Source: Octopus bimaculoides
Lineage: Eukaryota
NCBI RefSeq assembly: GCF_001194135.2
Contig: NC_068988.1
Coordinates: 86,625,117 to 86,679,017 of the forward strand
Length of the DNA: 53,901 bases
Reading direction: 5' to 3'
Below, one piece after another: positions 37,520-49,002 of the stretch (position 1 is its first letter; each line of letters begins with the position of its first letter). Made by a program: the position numbers and the translations under genes. The notes beneath the pieces were generated by a model. That model did no database searches, was not told where the DNA came from, and saw only the letters and a program-made list of their open reading frames with translations.

Positions 37520-37925
37520 AGAAGCAAGCTGACAGAATATTTTGCACGCCAGGCAAAATGCTTCGCGCCATTTTGTCCTCCCTTATGTTCTGAATTCTTT
37601 TTCTGTCGGTTGTCTTTGCCTTTCCTCCTTTCAGAGTCGATGTAATCGACTAGTCCTCTCCCCAAAAATTTCAGGCCTTGCATCTTAAGTAGAAAGGGAT
37701 TAAGTTTAGGGAGACGAGCTGGCAAAATTGTTTGCACACCATGCAAAATGCTTGGCAGCATTTCGTTCATCCTTACTTTCTGAGTTCAAATTCTGCCGAC
37801 GCCAACTTTGCATTTTATCCTTTTCAGGGCAATAAAATAAGTACCGGTCAAGCACTGATGTAGGTGTAATCAACGTAACCCCTCCAACAAACTTACTGGC
37901 CTTGTGCCAAAATTTGAAACCATTA
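37520..37925 (+). mobile_element. Two tandem SINE family A copies
   Basis: Heads gcaagctgacagaa (about 37525) and gacgagctggcaaaa (about 37715). Confidence 0.8.
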
Positions 37926-38516
37926 TCAAGGTGTTTGGAACAGGAATTAACATGAAATATTTTGAAGGTTTTAATTTAGATCACTTTAAAACGGGAAGTT
38001 TGGTCATAGAACCAGGAGCAGTTTCATATGAAGAGTTAGTTTTCTGTTACAAGGCACCACTTTTATCCTCCAATGGGATTTATTGCTACTTCCCTCACAT
38101 TTCAGTACTATCAGTTCCCTACACATCACAATGCAGTTTATCTGGAGTCACCGTCTCTGTGCTTCTCTTGTAACTCCACATCCTGTCCTGATTCAGCTGT
38201 CTTATTAAGTTGCCACAGCAATAACTTTTTTTTCTTTTTTTTATATATATATATATATAGCTATAGGTCTTTCCCATTTAACATGGTATAGTGTAATGTG
38301 TATAGATTTGACTGATATTTCTACCACTCCAAGTGAAAATGCAGTTGCCCGTGTTAGCTCTAGGAGTTGATTTTGTTTTGGCTGTGGTGACTGCAGTCAC
38401 CAGTCAGACCTACAGAATCAAAATACATGACGGAGGCAACCAACTTTTCATACAATCTGATAAGTCACCAAATCTACCATAGAGAGCTCAAACTTTTATT
38501 GTTCACTTGCTGTCAC

Positions 38517-38555
<39 letters not shown>

Positions 38556-38559
38556 CAAA

Positions 38560-39150
38560 GAATATATATGCATGTATACACACATATATGTACATACTTA
38601 CATCTGCATGTGTATATAGATGCATATCAGGTTACAGGACGTTAGAAAAATGAACTACAGACAACGGGACGAACACAGGAAAACAGATAGCCACTTGGAA
38701 TTATTCCTTCGTCAGCTGCCTCTGTTCTAACGTACTCTGGAATAGTCTCTTCCTGAGTAGTGGATCGACCCACTAAACAGAGGATTCCAAGGTGGCAAAC
38801 ACAAACCAAGACAGGAAAAAATGGACAGTGAAAACAACATTAAAATGCCGTACGGCCAAACGCGAATCTGATATTGAACGCTTGTGATATGACGAAGCTG
38901 GACGGAGAAAAAACGGTTCGTCTCGCCTTCATAGTGGCTGGAGTGGAAAGAGAGAGTTGACCACAGGTCACACGTGAGCGGAGAGGATGGTAGAGGGAGG
39001 AAGTGGAACAAGGAGGAAGACAGAGATATGTGTATAGCAGCGAAGTAGAAGCCAGGACATCAGAAGAAAGAGCGAGAGGGGGAGATGGGTAAGAGGACAG
39101 ATAGATATATAATAGGATAAAGTCTTTATAAGAATTTATCAAGTAGCTAG
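38560..39150 (-). mobile_element. Unclassified repeat, possibly Penelope-like end; tail shared with 29200-29330
   Basis: Minus strand ..gcagctgacgaaggaataattcc..ttttctaacgtcctgtaacctgatatgcatctatatac resembles plus-strand 29233 gcaatgtcctgtacccaaatatgcacctatac. ctgacgaaggaat also occurs at about 16550. Confidence 0.35.
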
Positions 39151-39519
39151 AGGGAAAAATCCATCATTTATTCCCTAAATATATATTTATTTATATAAGG
39201 GCATTACTATACATGAATGCCTCACGCATGCTGCTCATTCTACAAACAAAATTGATTTGATTGGTTAGCATTATGCAATAGACTTGATCTCTGTTCATAT
39301 TTTAACATCAAACATTATTCTCGTTAAAATGCTTCATTAAGGAGAAAGAGAGAGGCAGGGCGGCAAAATTCACGTCAATTAGTTTTAGGTTTATTATATA
39401 CACCTGCATACAGGTCGGAATTTTCAGACCAAAATTTATAGCCAAACGATAAGTCAGCTCGTATACAAAAATGACTTAATAAGGACCAAAAATTCCATTC
39501 AAGATGCAGCAGGATTTTG

Positions 39520-39658
39520 GAAAGGTGTGGTTTCCCGACCACATGGTTCCTGGATCAGTCCCATTGCGTTGTCATCTTGGGTGTCTTCTACTATAGCCTT
39601 GGGTCGACCAATGCTTTGTGCGTAGGTTTGGTAGACGGTGACCGAAAGAAATTCGTCG

Positions 39659-39692
<34 letters not shown>

Positions 39693-39995
39693 GTGTGTGA
39701 AAAGCAGCATACTTGTCGCGAATACATAAGAGGTATGGGTTCGAGTCTCATGCGCACGGCAAACCCTACTTTTTTCGTCGAAGGCTTATATGCCTCAATG
39801 GACTATTTACCTTAGTCAATGCACTGTGATCGCTTATAAGCTTATAAAATATTATATATGTGTGTATGTGTTTACGTATCCGTAATCTAGCGGCTCGGCA
39901 AAAAGGATCGCTAGAATAAGTGCCCGGCTTTAAAAAAATATAAGTACTAGGGTCGATTCATTCGACTAAATTTCTTCAAAGCGGTGCCGAATGAT
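39520..39995 (+). mobile_element. SINE H1+Ta interrupted by about 150 bp of other sequence
   Basis: Head 39520-39660, tail 39860-39995. Confidence 0.7.
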
Positions 39996-40114
39996 TACAC
40001 TTTATACTACGTTGGCTTGTATGCCAAAAAATGAAGAGCGCGTTATCCACTTCAGGTTCGAATCCATTGAGAGGATCTGGACTCCGAGTTAAGTTAGGAA
40101 GAAAAATAATGAGA

Positions 40115-40428
40115 CACTCTGCTGGCTACAATGACGAGGGTCCCAGCTGATCCGATCAACGGAACAGCCTGCTCATGAAATTAACGTGCAAGTGGCTGAG
40201 CACTCCACAGATACGTGTTAACGTAGTTCTGAGGGAGATTCAGCGAGGCACAAAATGTAACAAGGTTGACCCTTCCAAATACAGGTACTACTCATTTTTG
40301 CCAGCTGAGTGGACTAGACCAACGTGAAATAGTATGTTGCTCAAGGATAACAACACACCGCTGGGAATCGAACTCCCACCTTACGATCGTGAATCGAGTA
40401 CCTCTATCCGCTAAGCCACGCGCTTTCA
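40115..40428 (-). mobile_element. SINE head H2 + tail Tc
   Basis: gggaatcgaactc..cgatcgtga..taagccacgc head; gatccgatcaacggaacagcctgctc..aaattaacgtgcaagtggctgagcactccacaga tail. Confidence 0.8.
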
Positions 40429-40485
40429 CTATATGTTTGGAAATAAGAAATATACTGTTGCCCTATATCTCTTTGAAATATGAGT

Positions 40486-40665
40486 GGTGAGCTGGCAGAA
40501 TCGTTAGCACGCCAGGCAAAATGCTCTGAGTTCAAATTCCACCAAGGTCGACTTTGCCTTTCATCCTTTCGGGGTCAATAAAAAAACAGTTGAATACTGG
40601 GGTCGATGCAACCGACTTACCCCTTCTCAAAAATTGCTGGCCTTGTGTCAAAATTTGAAACAAGG
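40486..40665 (+). mobile_element. SINE family A
   Basis: gtgagctggcagaatcgttagcacgccaggcaaaatgc..ggtcgactttgcctttcatcctttcggggtc. Confidence 0.85.
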
Positions 40666-40959
40666 ATGAGTGATCTAACTCGACTGCACTGAAGCATGGT
40701 ACAGATTAACAATTCGTGTCTATAGGTGTGTGAAAGTAAGAAATTAATGCTATGTACCATCTCTTGACAGTAAGGTGCAGATTGTGTCTTGAAGGCAGTG
40801 TAACGAAAGACTGGTTTCAAATTTTGTCATAAGGCGAGTAATTTCGGGGGTCATGGGTATGTCGATTCCATGCGTAAAGACAAACGAAATGCCACTATGC
40901 CTCTTGTCCGGCGTTCCAACGATTCTGCTCTACTCCCTATAATCTTTTCTACTATAAGC

Positions 40960-41330
40960 ACAAAGTTTGGGGGAAGGGGTTAGTAGGTCACATTAACCCT
41001 CAGTACTTGTACTCATAAAAAAGGCAAAGTGGACCACGGCGGAATTTGAACTCAGAACATAAAGACAGACGAAATACCGCTAAGCATTTTGCCTGGCGTG
41101 TTAACGATTCTGCCAGCTCACCGCCTTGATGTAACAAAATATTCTTTTCTATTCTAGGCACAAGGCCCAAAATTTTGGGGGAGGGGGCCAGTCGATTAGA
41201 TCGACTCCAGTACTCATCTGGTACTTAATTTATCGACCCCGAAGAAATGAAAGGTAAAGTCGGCCTCGGCGAAATTTGAACTCAGAACATTTCGCCCGGC
41301 GTGCTAACGTTTCTGCCAGCTCGTCACCTT
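40960..41330 (-). mobile_element. Two tandem antisense SINE family A copies (40960-41127, 41144-41330)
   Basis: Reverse complement of family A; the second copy is flanked by a 16-bp duplication gat(g/a)taacaaaatatt at 41128 and 41331. Confidence 0.88.
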
Positions 41331-41356
41331 GATATAACAAAATATTATTGTAAGGG

Positions 41357-41729
41357 CTGTTGTTGTTGGCACTCCGTCGCTTACGACGTCGAGGGTTCCA
41401 GTTGATCAGATCAACAGAACAGCCTGCTCGTCAAATTAACGTGCAAGTGGTTGGGCACTCCACAGACACGTGTACCCTTAACGTAGTTCTCGGGGATATT
41501 CAGTGTGACAGTGTGACAAGGCTGACCCTTTGAATTACAGGCACAACAGAAACAGTAAGTAAGAGTGAGAGAAAGTTGTGGTGGAAGAGTACAGCAGGGT
41601 TCGCCACCATCTCCTGCTGGAGACTCGTGGAGCTTTAGGTGTTTTCGCTCAATAAACACTCACAACACCCGGTCTGGAAATCGAAACCGCGAGTCCGCTA
41701 CCCTAACCACTGGGCCATTGCGCCTCTAC
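41357..41729 (-). mobile_element. Young tRNA-derived SINE, head H3 + tail Tc
   Basis: A-box TGGCCCAGTGG, B-box GGTTTCGATTTCC, (CAA)n tail; TSD tattgt(a/g)aggg at 41346 and 41730. Confidence 0.92.
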
Positions 41730-42468
41730 TATTGTGAGGGTACAAGAATAAGAAAGAAGCTAAACAAAAGAAAGAGTAGAGTGAGATGTCGGTACAGGGG
41801 GAAAGAAAAGGGTGAAAGAGGGAGGAGACGGCTATGAGTGATAGGAAAATAAAGGGGAGGGAAAGTGGAGTGTGAGACAAAAAAAAAATTGCAGAGATGA
41901 GATTGCTGCGTTAATAAATTAAATGGCGGGTGATTAGAACGCATCCATTAACTTCCAGGAAGATTAGCACATACCCAGTCACTGTCTAATTGTCCCCTTA
42001 ATCCCTTTATAGTAACACAAACCCCTATTCACAAGGATTCGCAACGGACTGTTGAGATATTGTTGCTCTTAAGTAGTTTATCTTGCACCAACGTTACGAC
42101 ATGCACAGACATACCTGCTGATTGATTGTGCACAACTGCATGTACTGACCTGCACATGGATGCACCATGTATAGAATGCCGCTGCGTGTGTGAGGACACA
42201 GCATGGCCGAATTATTAAGAAGTTCGTTTCGAAATCACCAGTTTCGGAGTTCGCTTCTCACCGCGTAACATCATTTGGGTATGAAATTAGGTAGGCGACT
42301 GTAATAGACTATCTCCCTCCCAACAAATTTCAAGCTTTGTTTCCATAATAAAAAAAGGATAGGTAGATCTCTGTCGGTTTCAGTTTTGGGGATTAAGTTG
42401 TTTAATCACCTAAATTACTTGCTCATTGAATCAGCATATAAGTGGTTGAATATTTCACAGATTTGCGT

Positions 42469-42845
42469 TTTCTGTTGGCACTCCGTCGGTTACGACGACG
42501 AGGGTTCCAGTTGATCTGATCAACGGAACAGCCTGCTCGTGAAACTAACGAGCCAGTGGCTGAGCACTCCACAGACACGTGTACCCTTAACGTAGTTCTC
42601 GGGAAAGATTCAGTGTAACAAGGCTGGCCCTTTGAAATACAGATACAACAGAAACCGGAAGATAGAGTGAGAGAAAGTTGTGGTGAAAGAGTACAGCAGG
42701 GTTCGCCACCATACCCTGCCGGAGCCTCGTGGAGCTTTAGGAGTTTTCGCTCAATAAACACTCACAACGCCCGGTCTGGGAATCGAAACCGCGATCTTAT
42801 GACCGCGAGTCCGCTGCCCTAACCACTGGGCCATTGCGCCTCCAC
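42469..42845 (-). mobile_element. Young SINE H3+Tc
   Basis: Full head gtggaggcgcaatggcccagtggttagggcagcggactcgcggtcataagatcgcggtttcgattccc; perfect 14-bp TSD tcacagatttgcgt at 42455 and 42846. Confidence 0.93.
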
Positions 42846-43129
42846 TCACAGATTTGCGTACCTTTAACGTAATTTTCAGGTAGAATCAGCGCGACAATTA
42901 ATGAAAAGGCTGTAGCTTTCGAATTACACGCACAAATTCATCAAAGGCCTCTGTATAGTTTCCGTTTCTCCAGTTATGGGGTTGACTCGAAGCTTTAGAA
43001 AATAACACTTGTCCATGACACCGCGCAGCGGAATCGAAACTGAGATGTGGCTGCGAAGCGAACTTCTTAAACATTCGATTATGCTGCCTCAGTTGCTGGA
43101 GCACTGCCTTGAAAAAATTTAGTGGAACG

Positions 43130-43874
43130 AATCGACCCCAGTACATTTTTCTTTTTTTTTTTTTGTAAAACCTGGTACTTACTTTGTCGGTGTCTTTTGC
43201 CGAATCACTAAGTTAGTTATGAGAATGTAAACACACCAACAACGGTTGTCAAGCGGTGATGAGGGACAAGCATGCATAAAGACACACACACATTGGTCTC
43301 TTCTGCCGAACTTCTAAGTGACGGGTATATAAACAAGCCATCAACATATCAAGCGGCGGTGGGGTGACAAACCGGCACTCCGTCGGTTACGGCAACGAGG
43401 GTTCCAGTTGATCTGACCAACGGAACAAGTTGCTCGTAAAATGAACGTGCAAGTGGTTAAGCATTCCACAGACACACATTCCCTTAATGTAGTTCTTCAG
43501 GGAGTATCAACATGACACAGAGTGTGACAAGGCTGGCCCTTTGAATTACAGGTACTACTCATTTTTGCCTCCTGAGTAGAGTGGAACAACGTGAATTAAA
43601 GTGTCTTGTTCAAGGACAGAACGCGCCGCCGGAAATCGAACTCACGACGTTGTGATCGTGAGGCGATTACCCTAACTACTAAGCCACGCATCGTGTAATA
43701 TAGACGACGGGCTTCTTTCAGTTTCTGTCTACTAATTCCACTGACAAGGATTTGGTCGACCCGAGACAATAGTAGAAGACACTTGCCCCAGGTACCACGC
43801 AGTGGGACTGAACCCGGAACCATGTGGTTGGGAGACAAACTTCTTCCAACACAGCCACACACACACACACACAC
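43130..43874 (-). mobile_element. Cluster of antisense SINEs: Ta tail (43130-43290), H2+Tc (43371-43692), H1 head (43700-43860)
   Basis: Each segment matches the reverse complement of modules seen elsewhere in the window. Confidence 0.78.
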
Positions 43875-44358
43875 NNNNNNNNNNNNNNNNNNNNNNNNNN
43901 NNNNNNNNNNNNNNNNNNNNNNNNNNNNNNNNNNNNNNNNNNNNNNNNNNNNNNNNNNNNNNNNNNNNNNNNNNNNNNNNNNNNNNNNNNNNNNNNNNNN
44001 NNNNNNNNNNNNNNNNNNNNNNNNNNNNNNNNNNNNNNNNNNNNNNNNNNNNNNNNNNNNNNNNNNNNNNNNNNNNNNNNNNNNNNNNNNNNNNNNNNNN
44101 NNNNNNNNNNNNNNNNNNNNNNNNNNNNNNNNNNNNNNNNNNNNNNNNNNNNNNNNNNNNNNNNNNNNNNNNNNNNNNNNNNNNNNNNNNNNNNNNNNNN
44201 NNNNNNNNNNNNNNNNNNNNNNNNGACAGGAAGCGGTCCAGCTTCCTAAGGCTAAACGGCAGTAGTGTGTTCCCTTATTGGGATTGTCACATTAAGTTGA
44301 CAATATACTACAAATTTATCGCTCCACTACTGCTTAAATCTCTCTGAGAGATTTAGAA

Positions 44359-44397
<39 letters not shown>

Positions 44398-44900
44398 ATG
44401 GCCCATTTTGAACGATGTTATTCATTTTCATTAAATATGTCCCAGTGAGGCAAGTCAATGCTCTAAAAAACATTATTCCCACCAAGGACAGAAAAATTCT
44501 CATGTGACGACGACAGAAAGATCTGAAATCACTTAAATGTGGAGAATTTACTAACAGCGAAAAGAAAAAAGAAGTACTCATTTAGGAATGTTATTCACAG
44601 AAACTAAATCTGAAGAAAATTATCTCACGATAGTTTAAAGGATAGAAAAATGAGAACCGGACTGTAGAAAGCAAAATTAATACTATCCCTACATTTTATA
44701 CAGGTCTACAAAGAGGGTGAAATCGTCTGTTCATGACAAAATGGAGTTCCTAGTTGAAGGAAATGACTCATGTAATGTAAAGGTAGTCAAGAGGTAAGTG
44801 AAATATTCAATAAACAAATGAACTGTCTTTCGTTACGACACCGGTAAATACCCTACTAATATGTACATGTATAAAGACGAGACAATAAGGCTGAGACTAC

Positions 44901-45410
44901 ATGGTTGCTGGACTAGCTAGAAACAGCAGCAAAATCTCCTTCGTATCCCACCTTACCGTCTGATAAATTGACGAGATAACGAGTGAAACTCTTCATGGCT
45001 GTTGGATCAGCTAGAAATATCAGCAAAATTTCCCTCATGTTACACCTTATCGTCTGATAAATTGACGAGACGTGGGAATCTTATATGGTAATTAGACCAG
45101 CTGGAAATATTAGCAAAACATCCCTCAAATCACAACTTACCATCTGATAAATTGACAAAATGATGAGGGAGCACTAGCGTAGCTGTAGTGTGTGCCATCC
45201 GGGACAGGCCTTCCATTTGCCGCCCCCCGGACCCCACAAAAGACACATATTGCCTGCAGTAGATCCCAAATTGGTGCCCCTATAAAAGTGCCGACCGCGC
45301 CCCCTCCGTAGTTACGCTAGTGTGAGGAAGATTCTAAATGGGTTTTGGATCAACTAGATTCATCAGCAAAATCTCCCTCAAATTACACATTACCGGCTGG
45401 TAAATAGACA
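44901..45410 (+). repeat. About 94-bp tandem repeat x4
   Basis: ct(a/g)ga anchor at 44917, 45011, 45101 and 45354; units share cagcaaaat..ccctca..cac..tac..ctgataaattgac. Confidence 0.85.
45172..45322. mobile_element. hAT-type MITE (151 bp)
   Basis: 13-bp TIR cactagcgtagct / reverse complement cactagcgtaact; 8-bp TSD tgagggag (45164) / tgaggaag (45323). Confidence 0.85.
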
Positions 45411-45430
45411 ATGCCAGGGAGACACTACAT

Positions 45431-45530
45431 CAGTGGTTCTCAACCATTATTTTGTTATGGACGCCTTTGTTTCCATTTTACTCTACTGGATCCCCATGGT
45501 CATTCAATGTTTAAAAAAAGCCTGTTATAT
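45431..45530 (+). mobile_element. hAT-Charlie-like left terminus
   Basis: cagtggttctcaacc is the typical Charlie/MER20-type TIR; the other end is not seen. Confidence 0.5.
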
Positions 45531-46093
45531 ATATATATACCGGAGTAAGCACATGCAATGTGCAACAAGGTGGAAAAAAGAGTACTCAAATACCAGAGGT
45601 AGAGTAATATGCTTTATAAAGTATNNNNNNNNNNNNNNNNNNNNNNNNNNNNNNNNNNNNNNNNNNNNNNNNNNNNNNNNNNNNNNNNNNNNNNNNNNNN
45701 NNNNNNNNNNNNNNNNNNNNNNNNNNNNNNNNNNNNNNNNNNNNNNNNNNNNNNNNNNNNNNNNNNNNNNNNNNNNNNNNNNNNNNNNNNNNNNNNNNNN
45801 NNNNNNNNNNNNNNNNNNNNNNNNNNNNNNNNNNNNNNNNNNNNNNNNNNNNNNNNNNNNNNNNNNNNNNNNNNNNNNNNNNNNNNNNNNNNNNNNNNNN
45901 NNNNNNNNNNNNNNNNNNNNNNNNNNNNNNNNNNNNNNNNNNNNNNNNNNNNNNNNNNNNNNNNNNNNNNNNNNNNNNNNNNNNNNNNNNNNNNNNNNNN
46001 NNNNNNNNNNNNNNNNNNNNNNNNNNNNNNNNNNNNNNNNNNNNNNNNNNNCTTTCAAACTTCGTATACTTATCTATTTTGTGTTATAGAACA

Positions 46094-46602
46094 GAAAAAA
46101 AATTTTTGTATTCGAAGTTATTTCATTTAAAAAATTGTCTTATTTCGATAATTTCAACCAATCACTGACAAGTATTCAGCTGTTTACAGTTACTCCTTTG
46201 GCAGTTTAAGCGGTTCCTTTGGTAGTTTAAGCGGTGTAAAGCGTATTTAATCTCCATTACTTCTGACATCTTGCAGAGAGGCAACACACGTGTGTTCGTT
46301 TTCCTTCGTTTTATTTTTAATATAATTTCGTTAACATCTGCCTGAACTGTATGTGTACAACATTTGCCCTAACCCTTCCCTCAAAAACCAGGTCTTGTGC
46401 CCATAATAGAAAGGTTTATTAGCTACTACCAATATGCTTCAGCCATTTTTTGACAAGGAAATAATAATTTTATCACCGCCAGAATCGTTTGTTTACGTAG
46501 TCAGCACTTAATGTATTCGGCTGAATGGACGTCAGTCATTGGTTGAAATTACAGAAATACGACAACTTTAACATGAAATAAGTTGCAATATAATAATTTT
46601 TC
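46094..46602. mobile_element. Non-autonomous element with about 90-bp imperfect inverted repeats
   Basis: 46094-46182 (..tatttcgataatttcaaccaatcactgacaagtattcagctg) pairs with 46518-46602 (cggctgaatggacgtcagtcattggttgaaattacagaaata..). Confidence 0.7.
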
Positions 46603-46834
46603 TTAAGAAGACTAAGAGAAAAAGATGTTTTATATGACACACTCTACCAGTGTCCCAAGTTTCAGAGTGTTTCGTTAAGAAAATACTGGCGGCCCCGTTT
46701 TGAACTAGATCCGAAAAAAGAAGCATAAAAGTTCATAGTTCGACTTTCCGATATTGTAGAACCAAGAGCATGGGTCCATAGGTGCAACCCTGCGTAGATC
46801 TATGTGGGTTAAAATCCTGATATAGTAAACATCC

Positions 46835-47190
46835 GGTGGAGGCGCAATGGCCCAGTGGTTAGGGCAGTGGACTCGCGGTTTCGATTCCCAGACCGGGCGT
46901 TGTGAGTGTTTATTGAGCGAAAACACCTAAAGCTCCACGAGGCTCCGGCAGGGGATGGTGGTGAACAACTTCCTCTCACTCTTACTTCTTGTTTCTGTTG
47001 TGCCTGTAATTCAAAGGGTCAGCCTTTTCACACTGTGTCACGCTGAATATCCCCGAGAACTACGTTAAGGGTACATGTGTCTGTGGAGTGCTCAGTCACT
47101 TGCACATTAATTTCCCGAGCAAGCTGTTCCGTTCACCGGATCAACTGGAACCCTCGACGTCGTAAGCGACGGAGTGCCAACAACAACAAC
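46835..47190 (+). mobile_element. Young SINE H3+Tc
   Basis: A/B boxes, (CAA)n tail, perfect 13-bp TSD atagtaaacatcc at 46822 and 47191. Confidence 0.93.
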
Positions 47191-48972
47191 ATAGTAAACA
47201 TCCAGAGAGAAAAGACGCGAACATATCAACGTTCAATAACAGAATGGTTGCGGGAGCGGCTATTAAGTGGTAAAAGGAAAGAAAAGAAATTAAATAGAAA
47301 GAGAGGTAGATAGAGTGAGGGGTGGGGGGAATCTAAGGATTGGCTTTAGGATAAAGTAAGGTGTATTGTGTACGCGGTAGCCGAGAAAATAAGAGAGAGG
47401 ATGAGGAGGTAGAGGAAGATTGGGTAAAAAACAATAGAGCAAAATGAAAGGAATTTAAAGAGAGTAGTAGGTATCCGTGATAGTCTATAGGTGCTGGGGA
47501 GGAGATCTAGTAGTAAGTGCTTGTGTCCGTTCTGGCTAAGGTCAGTGGCTGTAGAGTTATTTCTAGCAATAGGGTTACGGGTGTGTAAGTAGCCGAGAAA
47601 GTAGGAGCTAGTTGAATGTTAAATTATTTATGAGTGGGAGTTAGAGTTAGATATAAGGGGGGTTTTATTGGGTCAAGATTTAAAAATAAATCAAGGATAA
47701 ATTAAAGAATTAATATTTATCTCATAAAGTGATGAAGTATAATCTTGGAGCCCTAGTAATCCGTTACAGCACTTACCTAGCGTACCTAATCATTTAGATC
47801 ACCTGTGAACTAAACCCCCATACTTTGTATAAATTGCCACGTAGAGTATTTAATATAGGTACTGCTCACTATGAACAAACAATTCCTGGGCATTTCACTC
47901 AAAGATATACCCATTCCATCNNNNNNNNNNNNNNNNNNNNNNNNNNNNNNNNNNNNNNNNNNNNNNNNNNNNNNNNNNNNNNNNNNNNNNNNNNNNNNNN
48001 NNNNNNNNNNNNNNNNNNNNNNNNNNNNNNNNNNNNNNNNNNNNNNNNNNNNNNNNNNNNNNNNNNNNNNNNNNNNNNNNNNNNNNNNNNNNNNNNNNNN
48101 NNNNNNNNNNNNNNNNNNNNNNNNNNNNNNNNNNNNNNNNNNNNNNNNNNNNNNNNNNNNNNNNNNNNNNNNNNNNNNNNNNNNNNNNNNNNNNNNNNNN
48201 NNNNNNNNNNNNNNNNNNNNNNNNNNNNNNNNNNNNNNNNNNNNNNNNNNNNNNNNNNNNNNNNNNNNNNNNNNNNNNNNNNNNNNNNNNNNNNNNNNNN
48301 NNNNNNNNNNNNNNNNNNNNNNNNNNNNNNNNNNNNNNNNNNNNNNNNNNNNNNNNNNNNNNNNNNNNNNNNNNNNNNTGCGCGAAATTTTACGGAAAAC
48401 CAGCACAATAAAGATAATTTTTTTCCAAGTAATGTGGCCGGGTTTGTTTTTCGAAAATTTTAATCAGAGGCACAGAAAAAAAAAATAATTTCAATTTTTT
48501 GTGCATTAAAAAGCCAAAGCTGTTAGACGTTGGCGTACAGCGATCGATATATACACAGTGAACGTTTTCTCCATTTGCGTGCAATAAGGCTTAGGGCAAG
48601 CGAGTGTAACATCCAAATAACTTGAAAAGAATGCATGTGGGAATGCCGTTATAATGAATGCTCATTTAAATGTATTTTGCATGGAGTTGATGTACTTTTT
48701 AACAGGAGAGGAGTGCCTGAAGGCTGGTTCTTCTCAATTTTATGCATTTTTAGGTTCAATGTGTTTCAAATAAGTACTGACAATTGAAGGTGATTGCAAA
48801 GACAAAGAACTACCTGTTTTTTTTTTTAACAATTTTAACAGTGAGAACATTGGAGAAAATATGTTATTGACATTAATAGTTTGTACCTCAGCTAATTACT
48901 GTTGAGAACTGCATAATCCTTGTGTCATGTTAGAGATCTAAAAGGCATTTTCGAATTTCATTATTTTCTTTA

Positions 48973-49002
48973 ATCCAGGCAACGCTGGATATTTCTGCTA
49001 GT
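48973..49002 (+). mobile_element. Helitron-like 3' terminus
   Basis: Hairpin atccag-gcaacg-ctggat, 7-nt spacer, then CTAG (48998-49001) followed by T. Confidence 0.55.

Noticed and set aside
42770-42845. tRNA gene (good A and B boxes; also 46835 and 51100)
   Set aside because: No closing acceptor stem; it continues into a SINE body with a simple-repeat tail and TSDs.
47204-47900. Possible antisense LINE (L2/CR1) remnant
   Set aside because: I could not find any endonuclease or RT motif in the translations.
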